DNA of 64,000 nt from Candidatus Latescibacterota bacterium (lineage in GTDB: Bacteria > Latescibacterota > CBDEFO01): contig OZ252149.1 of assembly GCA_965248755.1 (NCBI GenBank), positions 2,304,001-2,368,000 on the forward strand. The letters are read 5' to 3'. Below, in pieces: positions 39,600 to 50,718 of the stretch. The position numbers were made by a program, and so were the translations under genes. How positions within the stretch are numbered: the first letter of the stretch is position 1; every line of letters starts with the position of its first letter. Below the pieces are notes generated by a model, which made no database searches, was not told the origin of the DNA, and saw only the letters and a list, made by a program, of their open reading frames with translations.

Positions 39600-40441
39600 C
39601 CGTAGCTTTCCGCCCTAAGAAGAGCTTCCGCCCTAAGAAGAGATTAGGTCAGCACTTTCTGGTAAATCGCAGCACCGCCGAAAGGATTGTGGAATCGGTA
39701 GGGGTGTCGTCCGATGATCTGGTGTTAGAGGTGGGACCTGGCAAAGGAGCGCTGACAGGGTTTCTGGTTGAAAAGGGTGGTATCGTGGTGGGCGTGGAGG
39801 TAGATGGGTTCTTGTGTGATCAGTTGAAGAAGACGTTCGCAGACAGAGAAAGTTTTGCGCTTATAGAGACGGATATTTTGACTCTAGATCTACATGAGGT
39901 ATTGACGCGCTTCGGCTGCAAGGGGGCAGTTGTAGTCGGGAATCTGCCCTATAATATCACAAGCCCCCTGCTCTTCAAGTTGATAGAGAATCGAAATCTT
40001 GTAAAGAGGGCGGTTCTAATGGTTCAGAAGGAAGTGGCCAGACGCATGATAGCGGCTGTCGGGGATAAGGCCTACGGAATACTATCCGTCGCTGTGAGAA
40101 TGTGGACCTTACCCAAGTTGCTTTTCAATGTGAGCAAGGGATCATTCAGGCCAAGACCTAAGGTAGATTCCAGTGTGGTCAGATTGGAGTTTATAGGTAG
40201 TCAGGCTGTGGAAGTACAAGATGAGGAATTCTTTTGGGATGTGGTGAGAAAAACGTTCGGACAGCGGAGAAAGATGCTGAAGAATTCTATCCCAGTATCC
40301 TGCAAAGGACTGTCAGAAGATAAACTTTTGAAGGTATCTCAGATTTCACAGCTAGATTTAAAAAGACGACCGGAGAGCCTAAATCTTCAGGAGTTCGCGA
40401 GGCTGAGCTACGCTCTTAAGGAAGTTACTAACTCTCCTTAA
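39596..40441 (+). CDS. rsmA: 16S rRNA m6,6A dimethyltransferase
   Basis: KKRLGQHFL, EVGPGKG, GNLPYNI, MVQKEVA and QRRKML. Confidence 0.96.
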   Translation: MTVAFRPKKSFRPKKRLGQHFLVNRSTAERIVESVGVSSDDLVLEVGPGKGALTGFLVEKGGIVVGVEVDGFLCDQLKKTFADRESFALIETDILTLDLHEVLTRFGCKGAVVVGNLPYNITSPLLFKLIENRNLVKRAVLMVQKEVARRMIAAVGDKAYGILSVAVRMWTLPKLLFNVSKGSFRPRPKVDSSVVRLEFIGSQAVEVQDEEFFWDVVRKTFGQRRKMLKNSIPVSCKGLSEDKLLKVSQISQLDLKRRPESLNLQEFARLSYALKEVTNSP

Positions 40442-40524
40442 GTACGCAGTGGATATGGTCCGGCAAGTGCGTATAGGATGGAACGAGAATCAGTTTAAGC
40501 GGGGGAAAAGCGGAATGTATTAGT

Positions 40525-42504
40525 ATGAGGGTTTTGCAATCAAAAATCGGAACATCAGCGCACTTAAAGTCAGTGGGCAACCTACAAACAGGAGAGGCGG
40601 TGCCCCCACGCTTGATCGGATCGAGGGTATGGGGCCTGTCTACCGTCTACTGTCTACTGTCTACTGTCACAGTGTTGCTGTGTCTCTTTGAAGCAGAACC
40701 TGCACACAGCATAGGATATAAACTAGGCTTCACGCAGAACAGCGACCGTTTTACCTGGTCACACAGTTTCAGTGGATTAAACTATACGATAGACACGGGT
40801 CGGGAAGGAACAGATTCCAAGATCAGGATTTCAGCGAACAGTTCCTTCAGATCGACTCTGACAAAGACTCAGAGCGGAAATAGATGGAGAGACAGCAGCA
40901 GCGGGAGATGGTCTGTCAACTATCCACTCTCATCAAAGTCGTCTGTGGGCATTAACGGGAGACTTAGCAGGAGCTCAGACAACTTCTCCAGGGCCAAAGA
41001 ACCCCTAGTAAACCAGAGCGTTGGTGTCACACTATCGTATAGACCCTTCTCATCGGGGTCCTTCAAATCGTTTTCCTTAAGTCAATCTTCGAGCCGGTCG
41101 TTCAACAGAACTTTCGGCCAGGGAGCATCCGGTCTAAGCTACAGTTTCAATACGTCTGTAAGTCCCAAGTTGATAGATGGCTTAACCCCGTCCTTCACCT
41201 ACAGCAGATCAGGAAATACATCAGTGAGAGGCCATCTGAATACCAGCTTAAGGGGGAGCCTTGGGAATCGCATAGGAAGTCATACAAACACCTCCCTGAG
41301 CTACAACGAAAGCAGATCAGATAGGGATTACCGGCGCAGAGACGATCCCACACGCCTGGAAAATAGATTCACCAGAACCAGGAATTTAAGCGGGAGTATC
41401 AACTTCAAGAAGGATGACCTCTCTTTAAATAACAGATTAGGATACAACGAATCCCGAGGGACAGATACTGCAAGCGATGATCCCACTTCCTCCAAGTGGG
41501 GGACGGATAGGAAGACCACACGCTTCAGCTGGAAGAGCTCGCTGAATACAAGTCTATCAGAGAAGGTGAGCATGAGCTTAGATGTGGGCTACTCGTCTTC
41601 AGAGTCTTCCACGCTTCCGAGCAAAACGATCGTAGATGGAAAGAATCGCCGGGACCTGTTGGACAAGGAGAATTCAGATATCGATTTGAATTCATCATTT
41701 AATTTCACGTTGAACGAGGATCACCGCTTGACGTTTAGAGGACGAGTCGGAAAAGCGAGCACGGATACTCCGTCCGAGGCTGAGATAAACGATAGGGACG
41801 ATTTTACGAGCCGCGTGTCCCTGTCGTACAGCGGTTCATACGATAGCTTCAATCTGAATTTGAATCTGAGCACGGGTCAAAACCACAACGTGCGTTTGCA
41901 CTCCAAAAGGTCGGCTAACAACAAATGGTTGCGAAATTACAGTCTGTCAGCAGGAACAAGCTACCAGCTATTTGAGGGCTTTAGCCTGCGTCACAGCTAT
42001 TCACTGACAGCTCGCTACAGCGATTTTGACTTTGACGAAAGATACTTTAATGTGACGACGCCCAAAAGCAACGTCAGCAGGTCGTGGTCGATGAACCATT
42101 CCGTCACCCTGCCAAGATTCGGGGGAATCGGACTATCGGGAAGCTATAACTTAAGTATTAACGATTTCGGGAACCTATTCGAGACTGGTGAGCAGTTCGT
42201 GACAAGGGACGGAAGACGGAGGAATGTCAGCCTTAATGCGAGCTATGCTGCCGCGTCCTGGCTGACCTTTGGATCTGGCTTCAGCCAAGTAGTAAGCACA
42301 AACTGGAAGAACAACAATAAAGGAGTCAGAGTGCTCGATAATGAAAGGGTCAACAGCAGTATCAGGATGAGTCTGAACTACACTCCAAGCACTGACAATA
42401 CCCTGAGCGTAAGTGCAAGCAAGGGCAAAGCGAAAAGTTCCAAGCTTACGAACATTGAGACCTCACCGACGACTATCACTATAAACTACTCTCACAGGTT
42501 CTAA
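40525..42504 (+). CDS. Hypothetical Ser/Thr-rich outer-membrane beta-barrel protein; start uncertain
   Basis: Alternating beta-strand pattern, terminal Phe (YSHRF), and a hydrophobic signal-like segment near residues 35-60. Confidence 0.65.
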   Translation: MRVLQSKIGTSAHLKSVGNLQTGEAVPPRLIGSRVWGLSTVYCLLSTVTVLLCLFEAEPAHSIGYKLGFTQNSDRFTWSHSFSGLNYTIDTGREGTDSKIRISANSSFRSTLTKTQSGNRWRDSSSGRWSVNYPLSSKSSVGINGRLSRSSDNFSRAKEPLVNQSVGVTLSYRPFSSGSFKSFSLSQSSSRSFNRTFGQGASGLSYSFNTSVSPKLIDGLTPSFTYSRSGNTSVRGHLNTSLRGSLGNRIGSHTNTSLSYNESRSDRDYRRRDDPTRLENRFTRTRNLSGSINFKKDDLSLNNRLGYNESRGTDTASDDPTSSKWGTDRKTTRFSWKSSLNTSLSEKVSMSLDVGYSSSESSTLPSKTIVDGKNRRDLLDKENSDIDLNSSFNFTLNEDHRLTFRGRVGKASTDTPSEAEINDRDDFTSRVSLSYSGSYDSFNLNLNLSTGQNHNVRLHSKRSANNKWLRNYSLSAGTSYQLFEGFSLRHSYSLTARYSDFDFDERYFNVTTPKSNVSRSWSMNHSVTLPRFGGIGLSGSYNLSINDFGNLFETGEQFVTRDGRRRNVSLNASYAAASWLTFGSGFSQVVSTNWKNNNKGVRVLDNERVNSSIRMSLNYTPSTDNTLSVSASKGKAKSSKLTNIETSPTTITINYSHRF

Positions 42505-42517
42505 CGAGGGAGTCGCT

Positions 42518-44245
42518 ATGAAACACAACTGGGTATTTGTGGACAGGCCGGACGAAAAGTTGGTCTGTGATCTTTGCTGCGAGCTGAACGTGCCGGAAGT
42601 AGTGGCAAGGCTATTAATAAACCGGCAGGTAAAAGATCTCGAGTCGGCAAGGAGGTTTTTGAAACCCTCCTTGGACGATATGTACGACCCTTTTTTAATG
42701 GCGGATATGGATATTGCGGCCGAAAGGCTCCTTTGCGCTGTTAGAAAAGGCCAAGGGATTGTGATCCACGGGGATTACGATGTAGACGGTGTGACAGGGG
42801 CGGCAACTATGATCAGAGCGCTCGAAAAGATAGGTGCAGATGTATCGTTTTACGTGCCGGATAGGTTCGATGAGGGCTACGGAATCTCCGCTAAAGGGAT
42901 AGAGGAGGCAAAAGAAAGTGGGGCCGCAGTGATCGTGTCGGTAGACTGTGGAATCACGGCCATAGATGAGGCGGCTTTAGCCAAAAACTTGGGGATAGAT
43001 ATGATAATTACGGATCACCACGAGCCCTCAGGGGTTCTTCCCCAAGCCCTTGCAGTATTAGATCCTAAAAGGGCGGACTGCTCGTATCCGTTTGAGGAGC
43101 TATCTGGAGTGGCTGTGGCGTTCAAACTCCTGCAGGCCCTCTTTAAGGAGGGGAACTTCCATACTGACATCTTGCACGAGAACTTGGATCTGGTGGCTTT
43201 GGGTTGTGCAGCCGATATTGTGCCTTTGATAGATGAGAACAGAATATTGACAAAGCTCGGCTTCGAGAAGATGAACAACACGTCCAATCCGGGGATAAGG
43301 GCCCTAATAGATACAGCAAGATTGAAGGGGAAGACTCTAAGCACGGGTCAGGTAGTCTTCGCATTAGCCCCGAGGATCAACGCTGCAGGGCGGATAGACA
43401 ACGCCCTGAAGGCAGTGGAGCTGCTGACGACAGCGGATGAGGGTCTGGCTCGGTACATAGCCGATATACTGGAGGTGGAGAACAGAAGGCGCAGAGAGTT
43501 AGATGAAATGACGAAGGACGAGGCCCTGGAGATGGTTCAAAGGACGGCTGATACGAGAAATGACCCTGCCCTGGTGTTGGCTTCCGACAACTGGCATCAG
43601 GGTGTCATAGGAATCGTCGCATCGCGGGTTGTGGAAGAATACTATCTCCCCACGGTACTTATCGCTTTAGATGGTGATATAGGAAAGGGATCTGGAAGGA
43701 GCATACCCAATTTTAACCTGTTCGAGGCGCTCCGCGAATGCAGAGACCTCTTAGAGGGATTCGGAGGTCACAAGGCGGCGGCAGGGCTGACAGTCAGAAG
43801 GGATAAAGTAGACGAGTTCAGGGAAAGGTTTAAGTCAGTGGCAGACGAGCGGCTGAGACCGGAGGACAAGATTCCACAGCTTAAGATACAAGATGAGATA
43901 CGATTAGGCGAAATAGATGAAAAATTCTTGAGACTCTTGAAGCGTTTTGAACCTTTTGGACCGGAGAATATGAAACCGCGTATGGTATCCAGAGACCTTG
44001 AGGTGGTGGGATATCCGAAGATAGTGGGAAAGGATCATCTCAAGTTCAAAGTTCGCCAGGATCAGAAGGTGCTCGACTGCATAGGCTTCAATATGAAAGA
44101 TATGCTGCAGACAGTGAAGTCATCAGGTGGAGACCTCAGCCTGGCTTACGTAATTGAGGAGAACGAATGGAGAGGCGAAAAGATGATTCAACTTAGATTG
44201 AAAGACGTAAGGAGAAAAGAAGATGGCTTTCCCAGAGGCGGATAA
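42518..44245 (+). CDS. recJ: Single-stranded-DNA-specific exonuclease
   Basis: [28 protein letters not shown] and GGHKAAAG. Confidence 0.97.
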   Translation: MKHNWVFVDRPDEKLVCDLCCELNVPEVVARLLINRQVKDLESARRFLKPSLDDMYDPFLMADMDIAAERLLCAVRKGQGIVIHGDYDVDGVTGAATMIRALEKIGADVSFYVPDRFDEGYGISAKGIEEAKESGAAVIVSVDCGITAIDEAALAKNLGIDMIITDHHEPSGVLPQALAVLDPKRADCSYPFEELSGVAVAFKLLQALFKEGNFHTDILHENLDLVALGCAADIVPLIDENRILTKLGFEKMNNTSNPGIRALIDTARLKGKTLSTGQVVFALAPRINAAGRIDNALKAVELLTTADEGLARYIADILEVENRRRRELDEMTKDEALEMVQRTADTRNDPALVLASDNWHQGVIGIVASRVVEEYYLPTVLIALDGDIGKGSGRSIPNFNLFEALRECRDLLEGFGGHKAAAGLTVRRDKVDEFRERFKSVADERLRPEDKIPQLKIQDEIRLGEIDEKFLRLLKRFEPFGPENMKPRMVSRDLEVVGYPKIVGKDHLKFKVRQDQKVLDCIGFNMKDMLQTVKSSGGDLSLAYVIEENEWRGEKMIQLRLKDVRRKEDGFPRGG

Positions 44246-45143
44246 GATATGGTTCAACGGAGAGTTAGTGGACTGGAAGGACGCTACGATTCACGTTCTG
44301 TCTCACGTGGTGCACTACGGATCCAGCGTCTTTGAGGGCATGAGGTGCTACGATACAAAGCGTGGATCGGCATGCTTCCGTCTGGACGACCATATAAATA
44401 GGCTGTTCGATTCGGCGAAGATATACAGGATGGATCTGCGCTATTCCAAGGAGCAGATAAGGGAGGCTATATTAGAAACGATAACGGCCAATAAATTGAG
44501 TAGCTGTTACGTAAGGCCGATAGCTTTCAGGGGATACGGCAGTTTGGGTGTGGATCCTTCCGACTGCCCTGTAGATGTGGTGATAGCCGTCTGGGAATGG
44601 GGAAAGTATCTGGGACCGGAAGCCATCGAAAAGGGGGTGACCGTAAGGACGGCCTCGTGGGCTCGCATGGCTCCGAACACTCTTCCGACCTTGGCAAAGG
44701 TGGGTGGCAACTATCTGAGCTCTCAGCTGATCAAGATGGAGGCACTGGCAGATGGTTACGCTGAGGGCCTGGCTTTAGATTCCCTCGGCTACGTGAGCGA
44801 GGGCAGCGGAGAGAACATATTTATGATCAAGAACCAAGTGATATATACTCCATCCACAGGGTCGGCTATCCTCCCGGGGATCACCAGACACTCGGTTATT
44901 ACTTTAGCGCGGGATCTGGGATACACCGTGACCCAGAGACCGATTCCGCGTGAAGCTCTGTATATAGCCGATGAGGTGTTCTTCACAGGAAGCGCGGCTG
45001 AAATTACACCCATAAACTCTATAGATAAGATCACGGTGGGAGACGGCACAAGAGGCCCTAGAACCAAGAGAATTCAGGAAGAGTTCTTCGCGATCACTTC
45101 AGGAGAGGTGGAGGATCGCCACGGTTGGCTCGACTTCGTGTGA
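44223..45143 (+). CDS. ilvE: Branched-chain amino acid aminotransferase
   Basis: [29 protein letters not shown] and GSAAE. Confidence 0.95.
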   Translation: MAFPEADKIWFNGELVDWKDATIHVLSHVVHYGSSVFEGMRCYDTKRGSACFRLDDHINRLFDSAKIYRMDLRYSKEQIREAILETITANKLSSCYVRPIAFRGYGSLGVDPSDCPVDVVIAVWEWGKYLGPEAIEKGVTVRTASWARMAPNTLPTLAKVGGNYLSSQLIKMEALADGYAEGLALDSLGYVSEGSGENIFMIKNQVIYTPSTGSAILPGITRHSVITLARDLGYTVTQRPIPREALYIADEVFFTGSAAEITPINSIDKITVGDGTRGPRTKRIQEEFFAITSGEVEDRHGWLDFV

Positions 45144-45279
45144 ACGGGAAGATGAGCTTTTTCACAAAGAGCGAGAGCCAATTCTTCCTCTCGCTTTTTT
45201 TCTTTGACATAAAGGGTTAATTTGACTATTTTTAGGATATATGGAATCGTCCTGCATATAATATAGCAGGAAATGGGTA

Positions 45280-46110
45280 ATGAAGGATAAAGCAATGTTA
45301 GATGGTAAGAAAATAGCGATCATAGGCGCAGGGAACATGGGAAGCGCTCTTGTAGCGGGAATCGTAACCGCAAAACTGGCCCCACAAGGGAACGTGACAG
45401 CTAAGGATGTCGTACCAGAATTGTTGGAGAAGCTCAAGCAGCACTATGGGGTTAATACTACGTCGGACGACAGGGAGACTGTCCAGCCTGCCGACATAGT
45501 TATACTGGCCGTGAAGCCGCAGATCATGTCACCGCTTCTGGAGAGCTTAAGAAGGTATATCAATGAGTCTCAGACTGTCATATCCATAGCGGCAGGGATC
45601 AAGACTTCGTTCATAGAGGAGGGGCTCAAGAGCAAGGTTCCAGTCGTGAGGGTCATGCCGAATATCCTCATTTCGATCGGGGCTGGGATCTCAGCGCTCT
45701 GCGGGGGCGTGTATGCCAGGAAGGAACACCTGGATTTAGCGTCCAAGATACTGGGCGCGGTCGGTGATGTGGTATATGTAGAGGAGAACTATATGGACGC
45801 CGTGACAGGACTTTCGGCAAGCGGACCAGCTTATGTGTATTCGATTATTGACGGTCTGGCGGACGGGGGCGTCAAGATGGGCTTGACGAAGGATGTGGCA
45901 TTAAGACTAGCGGCCTCTGTGGTTATGGGATCTGCCAAGATGGTGATCGAAAGCGGTGAGCATCCGGGCGTCTTGAAAGATAGGGTCACGTCTCCGGGCG
46001 GAACGACGATTGCGGGTCTGCACGTCCTTGAGAAACACAGCTTCAAAAATGCACTGATGAGCGCAGTAGAGGCGGCGACTTTGAGGGCAGAAGAATTAGG
46101 AAAAGAGTAA
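45280..46110 (+). CDS. proC: Pyrroline-5-carboxylate reductase
   Basis: IGAGNMG, LAVKPQ, RVMPN and VTSPGGTT. Confidence 0.96.
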   Translation: MKDKAMLDGKKIAIIGAGNMGSALVAGIVTAKLAPQGNVTAKDVVPELLEKLKQHYGVNTTSDDRETVQPADIVILAVKPQIMSPLLESLRRYINESQTVISIAAGIKTSFIEEGLKSKVPVVRVMPNILISIGAGISALCGGVYARKEHLDLASKILGAVGDVVYVEENYMDAVTGLSASGPAYVYSIIDGLADGGVKMGLTKDVALRLAASVVMGSAKMVIESGEHPGVLKDRVTSPGGTTIAGLHVLEKHSFKNALMSAVEAATLRAEELGKE

Positions 46111-46305
46111 GAATAAGGAATGTTAGTAGATCACTTCAGCGGCGCCCATAAAGCCAATAATAATCCCGATAAAGTCGTTCGGGGCCAACATTATTTGCTC
46201 GAACAGTTCCCGGAGAACGCCTGACCGAAGAACAGTAAAGTTTAGAGAGTACATCGCTAATATTAGCGATGTACTAAGAAGATTAACCCATAAGAAGAGG
46301 TTACG

Positions 46306-47022
46306 ATGCCTAAGACGACTGTTATCTCTGGGGTCGGCCCTGGATTAGGAGCATCGTTAGTTCAGAAGTTCGCGCATGAAGGATACCAGGTGGGGATGTT
46401 TGCACGATCCCCGGACTATATTCAGAATCTGGCCACAGAACTGCAGCAAACTGGTGTAACCGCCTTGGCTGTGCCAACAGATATCGCAGACCCCGACCAG
46501 GTAGAGCGTGGTTTCGCAGAGGTTCGGGAACAGTTAGGACCGGTTGACGTATTGATAAATCACGCTGGAAATGCGGTCTGGAAGGACTTTCTCGAACTAA
46601 CGCCTGAAGATTTCGAACGGTCCTGGCGCGTCTGTGCCTACGGCTCCTTTCTCTGCTGTAAAGAAGCCCTGCCTGACATGCTCGCAAGTGGCAACGGGAC
46701 AATACTCTTCACGGGTGCAACCTCATCGATTCGGGGGAGAGCGGGAGCCCTTGCTTTCAGTAGTGCAAAGTTCGCCGTGCGCGGTTTGGCTGAGTCCCTC
46801 GCCCGAGAGCTGTGGCCTAAAGGCATTCATGTCGCTCATGTTATCATAGACGGTGTTCTGGATACCCCCGCAGTACGGGCACAGGACTCATCTGCTGCCG
46901 AGGGCCCTTTACTTGATACCGACGCCGTAGCAGATGCCTATTGGGATCTCGTGCAACAGGATAGGAAGGCCTGGACTCTTGAGATTGATGTGCGTCCCCA
47001 CAACGAGGAGTTCTTTGTATGA
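46306..47022 (+). CDS. SDR family oxidoreductase
   Basis: GVGPGLG, FTGATSS, FSSAK, GIHVAHVIIDG and WTLEIDVRP. Confidence 0.92.
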   Translation: MPKTTVISGVGPGLGASLVQKFAHEGYQVGMFARSPDYIQNLATELQQTGVTALAVPTDIADPDQVERGFAEVREQLGPVDVLINHAGNAVWKDFLELTPEDFERSWRVCAYGSFLCCKEALPDMLASGNGTILFTGATSSIRGRAGALAFSSAKFAVRGLAESLARELWPKGIHVAHVIIDGVLDTPAVRAQDSSAAEGPLLDTDAVADAYWDLVQQDRKAWTLEIDVRPHNEEFFV

Positions 47023-47097
47023 ACACACCGGATTCACCACGCAAATGAAGATTTCCATTGCACCTGACCTAACGCTTTCAAGCTCAATTCAAATGAT

Positions 47098-47703
47098 ATG
47101 CTTACGATCGTAGATTACGGCATGGGAAATCTGAGGAGCGTCCAGAAGGCGTTTGAGAGGGTCGGCTACCAGGCGTCGGTAACCAGCGACCCAGAGGATA
47201 TCGAAAGGGCGTCTAAGTTGGTTCTACCCGGCGTGGGGGCCTTCGGCGATGCCGTGAAAAATCTAAAGATGGCCGAATTGATAGATCCTATTAAGGATTC
47301 CATAAATAGGCGCGTTCCGTTTCTGGGGATATGTCTGGGGCTGCAGCTTCTATTTTCAGAGAGCCAGGAGAAGGGAATTCACAAGGGTTTGAATGTTTTG
47401 CCCGGGAAGGTAAGACTCTTTGCAATTTCACAGAGGGTGCCGCAGATAGGATGGAATCAGATTCATATCAAAAGGGAAACTCCCCTATTAGAGGGCGTAC
47501 CCGACGGTTCCTTCTTCTATTTTGTGCACTCATATTACGTTGATCCCCAGAAGAGCGAGGACACTGTAGCAACCACCGATTATGAGATAGACTACACGTC
47601 CATAGCGGGCAGGGACAACGTCTTCGGGATACAATTTCATCCTGAAAAGAGTCAGGATATGGGACTGAGGATCCTCAAGAACTTTGCAGAGATAACATGT
47701 TAG
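47098..47703 (+). CDS. hisH: Imidazole glycerol phosphate synthase glutaminase subunit
   Basis: DYGMGNL, LPGVGAF, GICLGLQ, YFVHSY and QFHPEKS. Confidence 0.97.
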   Translation: MLTIVDYGMGNLRSVQKAFERVGYQASVTSDPEDIERASKLVLPGVGAFGDAVKNLKMAELIDPIKDSINRRVPFLGICLGLQLLFSESQEKGIHKGLNVLPGKVRLFAISQRVPQIGWNQIHIKRETPLLEGVPDGSFFYFVHSYYVDPQKSEDTVATTDYEIDYTSIAGRDNVFGIQFHPEKSQDMGLRILKNFAEITC

Positions 47704-48434
47704 TTATTCCTGCGATAGATCTTCTGGATGGACAGTGCGTGCGTCTGATTCAGGGCAGGAAGGAGGATAAGACTGTCTATTCAGACGATCCTGCAAAGAC
47801 GGCTTTGAGGTGGGAAACAGAAGGAGCAGGGTATCTGCATTTAGTAGATCTGGACGGAGCCTTCGAGGGGAAATCGAAGAACCTATCTGCAATCAGAGAC
47901 ATCCTTGAGGCTTTGGAGATTCCGGTTCAACTCGGCGGAGGGATAAGGAGCGTCGGAGCCGCCGCTAAACTGCTATCTCTGGGGATAGATAGAGTCATCC
48001 TGGGGACTGCGGCGCTGAACGAGCCTGAGATCGTCAACAAGTGTATAGAAAGATTCGGAAGTAACAGGATAGTTGTGGGGATAGATGCTAAAGATGGTAT
48101 GGTGGCCGTGAAGGGGTGGGAGGAGGTTTCGAAGGTATCTGCTGTAGAGCTGGCTTTGAAGATGAAAAAGATAGGCGTCGAGCGAGTGGTATATACCGAT
48201 GTGTCAAAGGATGGCATGCTCAAAGGTCCAAACCTCGAAGCTACAAGGCTCTTGGCAGAGGAGACAGAATTAAAGATAATAGCCTCAGGCGGCGTATCGT
48301 CCTCCGATGACATAAGGAATTTGGCGGAGTTGGAAAAGATAGGAGTGGAGGGCGTGATCGTAGGAAAGGCTCTCTATGAAGGTAAGGTGAGCCTTAAAGA
48401 TCTTACGACTCTCCCAAGTTTAAGCAGTAAATAG
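47697..48434 (+). CDS. hisA: ProFAR isomerase
   Basis: IPAIDL..GQCVRL, LHLVDLDGA, GGGIRS and ASGG. Confidence 0.96.
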   Translation: MLVIPAIDLLDGQCVRLIQGRKEDKTVYSDDPAKTALRWETEGAGYLHLVDLDGAFEGKSKNLSAIRDILEALEIPVQLGGGIRSVGAAAKLLSLGIDRVILGTAALNEPEIVNKCIERFGSNRIVVGIDAKDGMVAVKGWEEVSKVSAVELALKMKKIGVERVVYTDVSKDGMLKGPNLEATRLLAEETELKIIASGGVSSSDDIRNLAELEKIGVEGVIVGKALYEGKVSLKDLTTLPSLSSK

Positions 48435-48750
48435 CTTCTTAACTTTCTAACCTGTTGCAGCAGAAAGTCTTGGCATAGCTATACATAGTTTATACAACTG
48501 TGCACACTATGTAAGTCAGTGGATATGCGATGTCTGGGCTTTACAGATTTACGTAAGTGTCCAATAGGTAGGGTTTATGCATAGTTGTCCCCACACCCTA
48601 CATACTGTAAGTGATGAATACATAGGAGGTTATGACTACATATGTAGGGTGTGAAGGGTTTTACTATAAACTTCTGCAAAAAAAATCTTAAGAATAGAAA
48701 AAGTTACATGATAACCCTGCATATCCTACGGGAATAAGTAGCGGAGCAGA

Positions 48751-49524
48751 ATGTTAGCAAAAAGGATAATCCCCTGTCTGGATGTAGATAAAGGCCGTGT
48801 GATCAAAGGCGTCAAGTTTGTGGAACATGTGGACGCCGGTGATCCAGTCGAGCAGGCCAAGTTCTACGACCGGGAAAAGGCGGATGAACTGGTCTTTTAC
48901 GACATCACAGCTTCTGCCGAGGCGCGTCAGATTATGCTGGATGTGGTCAAAAGGACTTCAGAAGAGGTCTTTATCCCCTTAACAGTCGGCGGAGGGATAA
49001 GGACTATTGAGGATATAAAGGAGATCATACAGGGCGGAGCGGATAAGATCTCCTTGAACACCGCCGCCGTAAAGAATCCCGAGATAATAACCTCTGGGGC
49101 AGAAAGCTTCGGTAATCAGTGCATTGTAGTTTCCATTGACGCTAAGAGAGTCCAGAAAGATAGTCAAGCCGAACCTTCGTGGGAGGTCTATATCAACGGG
49201 GGAAGGACGCCCACAGGTATAAATGCCCTTGAGTGGGCGCAGGAGGCTGAGTCTCTGGGAGCAGGCGAACTTGTGCTGAACAGCATAGACGCCGACGGCA
49301 CAAAAGACGGATACGATTTAGTACTCAACCGGACTGTGGACGAGAAGGCAAATATCCCGATTGTGGCTTCAGGCGGATGCGGGAATTTAGAACACATATA
49401 TCAGGTATTGACTGCAGGAAAAGCCAGCGCTGCTCTGGCAGCTTCGATATTTCACTTCAGGGAATATTCGATTCAGGAGGCTAAGGACTACTTATCAGCG
49501 CGCAAAGTCCTGCTGAGAAGGTGA
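48751..49524 (+). CDS. hisF: Imidazole glycerol phosphate synthase cyclase subunit
   Basis: [31 protein letters not shown] and ALAASIFH. Confidence 0.97.
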   Translation: MLAKRIIPCLDVDKGRVIKGVKFVEHVDAGDPVEQAKFYDREKADELVFYDITASAEARQIMLDVVKRTSEEVFIPLTVGGGIRTIEDIKEIIQGGADKISLNTAAVKNPEIITSGAESFGNQCIVVSIDAKRVQKDSQAEPSWEVYINGGRTPTGINALEWAQEAESLGAGELVLNSIDADGTKDGYDLVLNRTVDEKANIPIVASGGCGNLEHIYQVLTAGKASAALAASIFHFREYSIQEAKDYLSARKVLLRR

Positions 49525-49617
49525 GGAGAATTTAGCAGAGGCAAATAGGGAGTGGGGCCGGTGCCCTGTCTACTGTTTGCTGTCTACAGTCTACTGATTT
49601 TCACGGGTGAGACAAAG

Positions 49618-50634
49618 ATGATTATTGTTATGGAAAAGGACGCCACAAAGGAGCAGATAGAGCATGTATGCGACCGTGTGAGGGAATTGGGCTATTCTGT
49701 ACATCCCATCTACGGTGTGGAAAGGACTGTCGTGGCCGCGGTAGGTGATGAGAGGGAAAAGGCTCAGCTTCAGGTATTGGAGTCTGCACCGGGTGTTCAG
49801 CGGGTCGTCCCGATATTGCAGCCCTTCAAGCTGGTCGGAACGGAGGTAAAGAGGGAAAAGACCATCATAGACGTGAGGGGAGTCAAGGTAGGGAGCGATC
49901 AGTTTGCGGTGATAGCGGGTCCGTGTTCTGTTGAGAGCAGAGAGCAGATATTGGAGACGGCTGAGGCCGTAAAGCAAGCTGGAGCAAAGCTTCTAAGGGG
50001 CGGGGCGTTCAAGCCGCGAACTTCGCCGTACAGCTTTCAGGGACTGGCTGAGGAAGGATTGAAACTTCTAGCTGAGGCCAGAGAGAAGTTCGGGCTTTCG
50101 ATCGTGACCGAGGTCATGTCTCATGAGGATGTTCCCTTAGTGGCAGAGTACGCCGATGTACTGCAGATAGGGGCTCGAAATATGCAAAACTTCCCGCTCT
50201 TGAAGAGCCTGGGCGATGCGGGCAAACCGATACTTCTCAAGCGGGGGATGATGGCTACTATAGAGGAGCTCCTGATGTCAGCGGAGTACATAGTGTCAGG
50301 CGGCAACAACGATGTGATACTGTGCGAGCGGGGGATAAGGACGTTTGAGACCTACACGAGGAACACATTCGACCTGTCGGCGATCCCGGCCTTAAAGAGT
50401 CTGTCCCATCTACCGGTTATCGCAGATCCCAGTCATGGCACCGGGGTAAGGAGCCTGGTGGATTCGATGTCGAAGGCTGCCGTGGCGGCAGGCGCGGACG
50501 GACTACTAATAGAAGTGCATCCAGATCCCGAAGAGGCGTTCTCGGACGGCGCGCAGTCCCTACTGCCCGATCAGTTTTCAGCCCTGATGAAAGACATAGA
50601 GCGCTACCTTGATCTTGAGAAAAGATACCTTTAG
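49618..50634 (+). CDS. aroF: 3-deoxy-7-phosphoheptulonate synthase (type I-beta with N-terminal regulatory domain)
   Basis: [31 protein letters not shown] and DPSHGTG; start placed at MIIVM. Confidence 0.95.
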   Translation: MIIVMEKDATKEQIEHVCDRVRELGYSVHPIYGVERTVVAAVGDEREKAQLQVLESAPGVQRVVPILQPFKLVGTEVKREKTIIDVRGVKVGSDQFAVIAGPCSVESREQILETAEAVKQAGAKLLRGGAFKPRTSPYSFQGLAEEGLKLLAEAREKFGLSIVTEVMSHEDVPLVAEYADVLQIGARNMQNFPLLKSLGDAGKPILLKRGMMATIEELLMSAEYIVSGGNNDVILCERGIRTFETYTRNTFDLSAIPALKSLSHLPVIADPSHGTGVRSLVDSMSKAAVAAGADGLLIEVHPDPEEAFSDGAQSLLPDQFSALMKDIERYLDLEKRYL

Positions 50635-50718
50635 AGCAGGAGATCGCAAAGAGAAAGGGCAGAGGTGCCCCGTCTACTGTCCAGGGAAGACATGCGGTCA
50701 GCCCCTTTTTAAGAAACG

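Noticed and set aside
39604..39642. Short tandem duplication at the rsmA 5' end (FRPKKS-FRPKKR)
   Set aside because: Real, but a trivial in-frame 18-nt duplication with no evident consequence.
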